A DNA stretch of 20,000 nt from an uncultured virus (IMG/VR IMGVR_UViG_3300008111_000114). Lineage: Duplodnaviria > Heunggongvirae > Uroviricota > Caudoviricetes. Below are positions 13,208 to 20,000 of the stretch, in pieces. Below the pieces are notes generated by a model that was given only the letters and a program-made list of their open reading frames with translations, was not told the origin of the DNA and ran no database searches. Positions within the stretch are counted from its first letter, which is position 1, and each line of letters begins with the position of its first letter. Position numbers and translations under genes: made by a program. Where the stretch lies: the IMG/VR virus record IMGVR_UViG_3300008111_000114; one strand, given 5' to 3'.

Positions 13208-15142
13208 ATGTCGTTACCATCACCTTATCAGGAATTTATTGCTCTATCTCGCTATGCAAGATATATAGAGTCAGAGAATCGTAGAGAAACCTGGGGTGAA
13301 ACTGTAGATCGATATTTTGGATTCATGACAAACCACTTAGGTAAAAATCATGGATATACTCCAAAGCCAGAACTACTAAAAGAACTTCGTGAAGCAGTTT
13401 ATAATCTTGACATTATGCCATCAATGCGTTCTGTCATGACTGCTGGAGCAGCACTTGAAAGAGATAATGTGGCAGGATACAATTGCTCATTTGTTCCAGT
13501 AGATTCACCAAGATCATTTGATGAAACAATGTATATTCTAATGTGTGGTACAGGTGTTGGATTCTCTGTAGAGTATAAGTACATTAATAAACTTCCCGCC
13601 GTTCCAGAGAAGCTAGAAAAGACAACAACTACAATTGTAGTAGAAGATTCTAAGCAGGGTTGGGCAAAGGCATACAAGGAACTACTTGCTATGTTGTGGG
13701 CAGGACAGATTCCAGTAATTGATGTTTCAAAGTTGCGTCCAGCAGGAGCTAGACTTAAGACAATGGGTGGACGTTCATCTGGACCACAGCCACTAGTTAA
13801 CCTTTTTGATTTTACAATTGCAAAGTTTAAGAATGCAACTGGTCGTCAACTAAAGCCAATTGAATGCCATGACATTATGTGCAAGATTGGTGAGATTGTT
13901 GTAGTAGGTGGCGTTCGTCGTTCTGCTATGATTTCTCTTTCAAACATTAACGACATTGAAATGGCACAAGCAAAAACTGGTAACTGGTGGGAGAACAATT
14001 CACAACGTGCACTCTCAAATAACTCAGTTGCATATTCTCGTAAGCCAGAGATGGAACAGTTTATTGCTGAATGGAAGAATCTATATGACTCAAAGTCAGG
14101 AGAGCGTGGTATCTACAATGTTAATGCTGCACAGAAGCAAGCATCTCGTTGGGGCCGCAGAGATCCAGAAATCCATTACGGTACAAACCCTTGCTCAGAA
14201 ATTATTCTTCGCCCGTACCAATTCTGCAACTTGTCAGAAGTTGTTATTCGTGAGCATGACACAAAAGAAACAATTGCTAACAAGGTAAGACTAGCTACAA
14301 TCCTTGGCACATGGCAATCTACTCTTACAGACTTTAAGTATCTTCGTAAGATCTGGAAGGATAATACAGAAGAAGAAAGACTACTAGGAGTTTCCCTAAC
14401 AGGCCAGTTTGGACATAAGTTCATGTCTGGAAAGGAAAACCTAAAAGATCTAGAAGGATTCCTAGAAAGACTTCGTGAGTATGCTCGTGAAATCAATACA
14501 GAGGAAGCGGCATCAATCAATATTCCTGCTTCCGCAGCGATTACTTGCGTAAAGCCTTCTGGAACCGTCTCACAACTTGTAGGCGTATCTTCAGGAATGC
14601 ACCCATGGCACAGCGAATATTATGTTCGTACAGTAAGAGCGGATAACAAAGATCCTCTTACAGAGCTAATGAAGGCATATGAAGTTCCAAATGAGCCAGA
14701 CTTTATGAAGCCAGACTCTACAACAGTATTTTCATTCCCAGTAAAGGCACCAGAGGGTGCAATTATTAGAAATGACCTAACTGCTATTGACCACCTAAAT
14801 ATTTGGTTGGTATATCAGAGAGCATGGTGTGAGCATAAGCCATCAATCACTGTTTCAGTTCGTGATGACGAGTGGATGGCAGTAGGAGCATGGGTATACG
14901 AACACTTTGATGAGGTATCTGGAATTTCATTCCTACCTTACTCAGACCATACCTATAAGCAAGCACCTTACCAAGAATGTTCTGAGGTTGAGTATTTAGA
15001 GCTATTGGCTAAAATGCCTTCAGGCATTAATTGGTCAGATTTGGCTTTTTATGAGAAGGAAGACATGACTTCTGGAAGCCAGACCTTCGCTTGCAGCGCA
15101 GATAACTGCGAAGTAGTAGACCTAACCACTACATCAGCATAG
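13208..15142 (+). CDS. nrdJ: class II (adenosylcobalamin-dependent) ribonucleotide reductase
   Basis: YNCS, GTGVGF, GGVRRSA, TNPCSEI, CVKPSGTVS and C-terminal CxxxxC motifs. ATG 13208 has RBS AAGGAG and no beta subunit gene is adjacent. Confidence 0.93.
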   Translation: MSLPSPYQEFIALSRYARYIESENRRETWGETVDRYFGFMTNHLGKNHGYTPKPELLKELREAVYNLDIMPSMRSVMTAGAALERDNVAGYNCSFVPVDSPRSFDETMYILMCGTGVGFSVEYKYINKLPAVPEKLEKTTTTIVVEDSKQGWAKAYKELLAMLWAGQIPVIDVSKLRPAGARLKTMGGRSSGPQPLVNLFDFTIAKFKNATGRQLKPIECHDIMCKIGEIVVVGGVRRSAMISLSNINDIEMAQAKTGNWWENNSQRALSNNSVAYSRKPEMEQFIAEWKNLYDSKSGERGIYNVNAAQKQASRWGRRDPEIHYGTNPCSEIILRPYQFCNLSEVVIREHDTKETIANKVRLATILGTWQSTLTDFKYLRKIWKDNTEEERLLGVSLTGQFGHKFMSGKENLKDLEGFLERLREYAREINTEEAASINIPASAAITCVKPSGTVSQLVGVSSGMHPWHSEYYVRTVRADNKDPLTELMKAYEVPNEPDFMKPDSTTVFSFPVKAPEGAIIRNDLTAIDHLNIWLVYQRAWCEHKPSITVSVRDDEWMAVGAWVYEHFDEVSGISFLPYSDHTYKQAPYQECSEVEYLELLAKMPSGINWSDLAFYEKEDMTSGSQTFACSADNCEVVDLTTTSA

Positions 15143-15187
15143 AACTGTTTTTGTGATAAAATTGAATTAATCTGGAGGGATTAATTA

Positions 15188-15538
15188 ATGGCTGGTATTA
15201 AAAATTTTAAGGTAGATCAATCTACCAACTTTACCTTTACCATTATTTATAAAGATCCCGACGGAGATCCAATTGATTTAACACAGTATCGTGTATTTAT
15301 GGATATCAAATCTGCACCAGGCTCAAAGAAAGTATTAGCTTCTTTGACTCAAGGTAATGGCATTACTGTTACTCCCCTCCAGGGAAAAATTGAAGTTAAT
15401 GCTACTCCAGACAAGACATCAAAGTTTGCATATCCAAAATCAGCATACGATTTAGTTGTTGAACATATACCAACAGGCCAGCTCACAAGACTTGTGGAAG
15501 GTTGGCTAGAAGTTTCTAGGGCGGTGACAGTAGTCTAA
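15188..15538 (+). CDS. putative virion structural protein (BppU N-terminal-like Ig fold)
   Basis: DQ..F.F...YKD..G.PIDLT...YDL...RLVEG pattern at the head of the structural operon. Confidence 0.65.
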   Translation: MAGIKNFKVDQSTNFTFTIIYKDPDGDPIDLTQYRVFMDIKSAPGSKKVLASLTQGNGITVTPLQGKIEVNATPDKTSKFAYPKSAYDLVVEHIPTGQLTRLVEGWLEVSRAVTVV

Positions 15539-15993
15539 TGGTAAATTACATTGATAATTCTAATATTATCGACATTACCACAACAGAGAATGAAGTAATC
15601 ATCTCTGATACTGGGCAACCAGGTCCTAGAGGTAAATCAATCCTTAATGGAACTCAAACTCCTACTCCTACATTTCCAGCCGAAGCTGTAGAGGGAGACT
15701 TCTACTTAAAGATCCCAGAGTACCTGCTTTATGGTCCACGTACCTATGCAGGAAACTGGGGAACTCCAGTAGACCTATTTACCCTTCCAGAATCCGTATA
15801 TGCCTACGAGCAATTAATCTCGTCTACAACATGGACTATTCCAGCTTCAATGCATAAATTGGCCTTCAAGCCAAACGTTACCGTAGTAGATAATAATGGA
15901 AACCAAGTGGAAGGGCATGTCCAGTACCAGAATGATAATACTGTTATAATTAGTTTTGCGGCAGAATTTTCTGGGAAGGCATATCTGTCGTAA
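15538..15993 (+). CDS. putative tail-associated structural protein
   Basis: GQPGPRG, GDFYL...LYGP and C-terminal W.I..H.L.F.P.VTVVD...FSGKAYL motifs. Confidence 0.7.
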   Translation: MVNYIDNSNIIDITTTENEVIISDTGQPGPRGKSILNGTQTPTPTFPAEAVEGDFYLKIPEYLLYGPRTYAGNWGTPVDLFTLPESVYAYEQLISSTTWTIPASMHKLAFKPNVTVVDNNGNQVEGHVQYQNDNTVIISFAAEFSGKAYLS

Positions 15994-16018
15994 TTTAAAA
16001 AACCTAGGAGTTATATAA

Positions 16019-17329
16019 GTGGCACGTAAATTTTTAACACCGATTGATATGACGGGGTTGGAAATCCAGAAGCTTCGTATTGAAAATGCGACTTCTAATC
16101 CAACTGTTGCGTCAGGTACAGAATCGGTATTCAAGGGAAGAGTATTCTTTAACTCTTCTACTAATAAGCTTTATTATTACAATGGAACAGCATGGCAAGC
16201 AACAGGTCTTGTCTCAATTACTCTTGGCGGAGACCTTAGTGGTACCGCAACAACAGATGTAGATGGAAATGTAACACTTAATGCCACAATCAATGCAAAC
16301 TCCATCGCCCTAGGTACAGATACAACTGGTAACTATGTAGCAACTGTAGCGTCTTCTGGCGGTACAATCACAGTAACTGGTTCAGGATCTGAAACAGCTG
16401 CAGTTAACGTTGACCTTCCCAACACAGGCGTTACAGCAGGTTCATATGGATCTACAACAGAGATCCCAACATTTACAGTAGATGCACAAGGTCGTTTGAC
16501 TGCTGCAGGAACTGTAAGCGTAGCAACAACACTTTCAATCGCAGGTGACACTGGAACAGATACAGTAAATCTTCTTACTGACACTCTAACAGTTGCTGGC
16601 GGAGAAGGAATCGATGTTGCTGTAACAAACAATACAATTACAGTATCAGCAGAAGATGCAACTACAACTAATAAGGGTGTTGCGAGCTTTGATACAAATG
16701 ACTTCACAGTAACATCTGGTGCGGTAACAATCAAGAATGTTAACCTTGGATCACAAACAACTGGCGATTATGTAGCCAATATTCAAGGTACAGCAAACGA
16801 AGTAACCGTAACACCTACATCTGGAGAAGGAACCAGCGTAACAATTGGTTTGCCAGATGATGTAACAATCACAAACAACTTGAACGTTGGCGGTAACCTT
16901 AACGTTACTGGTTCTATCAACGCTGTAAGCACTACAGAAATCAACATTCAAGATAATAAGATTAATCTTAACTCTAACTTCAACACTGGAACACCTACAG
17001 CAGATGCTGGTATCAAGGTAAACCGTGGAGATGAAGCAGATGTTGAGCTCAAGTGGGATGAAACAGATAACCGCTGGGAATTAACAAATGACGGTACAAA
17101 CTACCACGCAATTACAAGAAAGTTTGTAGATGTAGTTGGAGACGGAGTAGCTACTAGCTACGCTGTAACACATAATCTAGGAACAAGAGATGTAACTGTT
17201 CAAGTTTATGATTCAGCAACATACGAGTCAGTCGAAACTGGTGTAACAAGAACAAGCGACTCAGTAGCCACACTAGTATTCGCAGTAGCACCAGCATCGG
17301 GAGCATATCGGGTAGTAATCACGGGATAA
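16019..17329 (+). CDS. tail fibre-like structural protein, 436 aa
   Basis: T/G/V-rich beta repeats, GVTAGSYGS...TFTVDAQGRLT and duplicated TTG(N/D)YVA. Confidence 0.75.
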   Translation: MARKFLTPIDMTGLEIQKLRIENATSNPTVASGTESVFKGRVFFNSSTNKLYYYNGTAWQATGLVSITLGGDLSGTATTDVDGNVTLNATINANSIALGTDTTGNYVATVASSGGTITVTGSGSETAAVNVDLPNTGVTAGSYGSTTEIPTFTVDAQGRLTAAGTVSVATTLSIAGDTGTDTVNLLTDTLTVAGGEGIDVAVTNNTITVSAEDATTTNKGVASFDTNDFTVTSGAVTIKNVNLGSQTTGDYVANIQGTANEVTVTPTSGEGTSVTIGLPDDVTITNNLNVGGNLNVTGSINAVSTTEINIQDNKINLNSNFNTGTPTADAGIKVNRGDEADVELKWDETDNRWELTNDGTNYHAITRKFVDVVGDGVATSYAVTHNLGTRDVTVQVYDSATYESVETGVTRTSDSVATLVFAVAPASGAYRVVITG

Positions 17330-17340
17330 GGAGAATATAA

Positions 17341-18051
17341 ATGTCTTCTATAAAAAGATTAGTCCCGTTAAATGCAGTATCATTAGCAACTAATCCTGCC
17401 AACCCAAAACTTGGTGACTTTTATCTAAACACCACAACAAATAATTTTAGAGTTTATACCGCCACAGGCTGGGTCGAAGTTGGATCTGGCGGCGGAGCAG
17501 CAGTACACATTGGGTCAAACCCACCATCCACATATTCAGAAGGCGATCTTTGGTTTAATAACGTAGATCCACACTTCTATACATATGATGGAACTTATTG
17601 GGTAGAAATTTCGCTTGGACCTGTTGGACCTTCTGGCCCTGGTCTTCCAACTGGCGGTACAGTTGGGCAGGTTCCAGCCAAATCTTCAACAAATGATTAT
17701 GAGACAACATGGGTAACACCATACTCATCAACTACATTTGCCTCAGACTTTTTAGCAAGAACTACAGATTCATTATCTGAAGGTGCAAATAATAAATACT
17801 TTACTAACCAGAGAGCCGTAGATGCCACTGCAACAGCCGTTGCTGGGGCTGTAACAACCGCAAACGCTTATACTGATACCAGAATCACCAATCTTATAGA
17901 TTCAGCTCCTGGAGCCCTAGATACGCTTAATGAAATTGCGGCGGCCATAGGAGATAATGCAGATTTTGCTACTTCAGTGTATAATGAAATTAACGTAACA
18001 AAGGCTTCCGTTTTGGACACTGAAATTGGTATAATTATGGGAGCATTGTAG
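17341..18051 (+). CDS. tail fibre-associated protein
   Basis: GDLWF, GGTVGQV, TDSLSEG..NKYFT..RA and LIDSAPGALDTLNEIAAAIGD modules. Confidence 0.75.
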   Translation: MSSIKRLVPLNAVSLATNPANPKLGDFYLNTTTNNFRVYTATGWVEVGSGGGAAVHIGSNPPSTYSEGDLWFNNVDPHFYTYDGTYWVEISLGPVGPSGPGLPTGGTVGQVPAKSSTNDYETTWVTPYSSTTFASDFLARTTDSLSEGANNKYFTNQRAVDATATAVAGAVTTANAYTDTRITNLIDSAPGALDTLNEIAAAIGDNADFATSVYNEINVTKASVLDTEIGIIMGAL

Positions 18052-18057
18052 GAGATT

Positions 18058-18184
18058 ATGGCAAATACACCATGACACTATGATCCTTGACATGCGTACT
18101 GTGCTTGCACAGAATCTGCAGATTACAGGACTAGCTTCTACAGCTGGTGTTAAATTTCATATTTCAGGTGTAATAACACCATGA
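18058..18184 (+). pseudogene. structural gene remnant with an apparent internal deletion or frameshift
   Basis: RBS AGGAG and MANTP* are followed in another frame by HDTMILDMRTVL...VKFHISGVITP*, which is ATGA-coupled to the next gene. Confidence 0.65.
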
Positions 18185-18405
18185 GTATAAGAGTGGCTAG
18201 CTCGTCAACAATTGTTACTGCTACCGCTCCTGCCTCAGCAATTCCTGTAGGTACAGTAGAGGAGAGACCTTCAAATCCTGGACACGGGGACCTGTATTTT
18301 AACACTACTCATGATACACTTGAGCAGTACACAAAAGGTGGCTGGCAAAAAATGGGTTACCAAATTGCCATGGCACTAAAAATGAATAAAATGGAGTTGA
18401 TGTAA
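18181..18405 (+). CDS. small tail-associated protein, 74 aa
   Basis: GT..ERPSNP..GDLYFNT...LEQY....W module. Confidence 0.75.
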   Translation: MSIRVASSSTIVTATAPASAIPVGTVEERPSNPGHGDLYFNTTHDTLEQYTKGGWQKMGYQIAMALKMNKMELM

Positions 18406-18773
18406 TGCCTGATTATACTTCGTTAGCGAATGAAATTACCGCTATCAAGTCGGAGATCGCTGCAAGCGTAGGTGCTTCTACCTATACTGCACAAGATCTT
18501 GTCTACCTTGCATCAGCACTACAAACTTTGGGCGGGATGCTCGGAGTAAATGACATTGTAACAGCTACAGCAGATAAAATTGCTGAAGTTAATACAGCTA
18601 AGACTACAGCTTTGGCTAACCTCGAAACAAAGAGAGTTAACTCATTAGCTGACGTAAATGCTGACAGAGCAACAGCATTAGCAGATATTGATTCTGCTAA
18701 AACAAGTGCTCTAAATCAAATTACTGGCGCATCAACAAATTTCAATGTGCTATTCATAGGGAGCATGATTTAA
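18405..18773 (+). CDS. helical Ala-rich virion protein, 122 aa
   Basis: Coupled ORF with 11-aa AL..(I/V)N repeats. Confidence 0.7.
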   Translation: MPDYTSLANEITAIKSEIAASVGASTYTAQDLVYLASALQTLGGMLGVNDIVTATADKIAEVNTAKTTALANLETKRVNSLADVNADRATALADIDSAKTSALNQITGASTNFNVLFIGSMI

Positions 18774-18774
18774 T

Positions 18775-19110
18775 ATGGCAATTCATTATAAGGTTTTGGG
18801 GCAGGTACTACCATCAGCAGCCTCAACATGGACACAGTTATACGCTGTTCCAACAGGTAAGGAGGCAGTATGCTCATCTCTTACCGTAGCAAATTTAACA
18901 GCAGATGATATTTTATACCGTGTTCGCATTCGTGTAGCAGGTGCAGCCGCTAATGATAAGCAAACGTTAGTTTATGACACAGCAGCAGCAGGCGGAGTAT
19001 CACAAGCACTACAACTTTCTATGACACTTTCAGCAGGAGATATTGTTGAAATTTATGCACCATCAACATCAATTGCATTCAATCTATTCGGATCGGAGCT
19101 TGATGCATAA
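18775..19110 (+). CDS. putative virion structural protein, 111 aa
   Basis: YKVLGQ..P.A...T.LY.VP...FNLFGSE pattern. Confidence 0.75.
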   Translation: MAIHYKVLGQVLPSAASTWTQLYAVPTGKEAVCSSLTVANLTADDILYRVRIRVAGAAANDKQTLVYDTAAAGGVSQALQLSMTLSAGDIVEIYAPSTSIAFNLFGSELDA

Positions 19111-20000
19111 TGCCAGGTTTTAATACATTACCAGCAGTAGGAGGCGGCGGAGGTCAAGCAAATATGACCTATGTAGCTTCAATTCACATGAATACCTACA
19201 ATAGATCTTGGGCACAAGGTGGAACACCTGGATTTTATGCAATGTATTCAACAAATCAAGAAAATGGATACGCATATTTTGTAGGAACAGGCACTACAAC
19301 TGGTGTAGCATTAAATAGACTTGCAAATATTTCACATAGTTTTACTAGAATTGATGTAATTGCTCCACAAAATGATATGGTTTCTTTATATAAAGCCAAA
19401 GTAAAATCAACAACAGAATTTTCAAACCCGTTTGCAAATTTTTCATCTTTCCCATCTACAATAACTTCATCTGGAAACTTTGTTCTTCCAAATAATGCTT
19501 TACCACTAGTAAACATTTTGCTTACAGGTGGTGGAGGAGCTGGAGGATATCACGGAGGCGGTGGTGGTGGAGGAGCTGGAGTTGTTAAGCTTACAGCCTT
19601 TCAAGCAGTTGGTACAACAGCAGTAACTATCGGTGGTGGCGGTGGTGGCGGAGGCGCAAATAGAAATTCTGGCGGCAGAACTTTCTTTGGAAATGTTTAT
19701 GCTATCGGTGGTGGTGGAGGTGGTCATTATGATAATGATGGAGCTGGTTCAAATACTGACGGAGCAGTTGTAGCAAATGGCGGTGGTGGCGGAGGCCATC
19801 ACGGAACCCATATTGGTGGTTTTGGAACAGTTCAAACAACTTCAACTGGACTAGGTAATGCTGGAGCACCTGTCTGGCACGGAGGATTTGCAGGAGCTAT
19901 TGGTGGCAGACATACAACAGGTGCATCTTGGGGTAATGGTGGCGGTGGTGGCGGAGGCGCATCTCAAGCTGGAACTAACCATACTAATAATAATGGGCAT
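19110..20000 (+). CDS. glycine-rich tail fibre or receptor-binding protein, 3' partial, not in the ORF track
   Basis: TAATG-coupled start MPGFNTLP, with repeated GGGGG motifs continuing to the window end. Confidence 0.8.
   Translation, partial: MPGFNTLPAVGGGGGQANMTYVASIHMNTYNRSWAQGGTPGFYAMYSTNQENGYAYFVGTGTTTGVALNRLANISHSFTRIDVIAPQNDMVSLYKAKVKSTTEFSNPFANFSSFPSTITSSGNFVLPNNALPLVNILLTGGGGAGGYHGGGGGGGAGVVKLTAFQAVGTTAVTIGGGGGGGGANRNSGGRTFFGNVYAIGGGGGGHYDNDGAGSNTDGAVVANGGGGGGHHGTHIGGFGTVQTTSTGLGNAGAPVWHGGFAGAIGGRHTTGASWGNGGGGGGGASQAGTNHTNNNGH

Noticed and set aside
6799..19727. Nested or antisense ORFs within 6842-6979, pstS, hsp20, the holin, the endolysin, the transglycosylase, nrdJ and the tail genes
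   Set aside because: They overlap better-supported genes and their composition reflects codon bias of the real frame.
19530..19980. GGT/GGC repeats as a DNA repeat element
   Set aside because: They are explained by poly-glycine coding in the tail protein.

Overview
A 20 kb segment of a low-GC tailed phage genome. The host is probably an actinobacterium (inferred from AGAAAGG Shine-Dalgarno sequences, leaderless genes, a GP88-like gene and actinobacterial regulator motifs). Bases 1-6700 are an early or host-takeover-type region of about 23 tiny minus-strand ORFs. They are driven by 13 copies of TGTCRS-N10-TAnnnT, which matches the actinobacterial PafBC (RecA-independent DNA damage) promoter. 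The spacers between them are packed with helically phased CRP-type sites, GACAC (WhiA-type) motifs, a LexA box, a DnaA box and unexplained repeats. Bases 6800-15150 carry a thermonuclease, pstS behind a PHO-box-like array, hsp20 behind a perfect CIRCE, a candidate anti-Shine-Dalgarno sRNA, a holin and endolysin, a transglycosylase, a glycosyltransferase and a class II ribonucleotide reductase. Bases 15188-20000 are virion or tail structural genes. The main signal is a phage whose transcription appears wired to, or acts as a decoy for, several host stress regulons. All motif counts were made by eye and no database searches were run.
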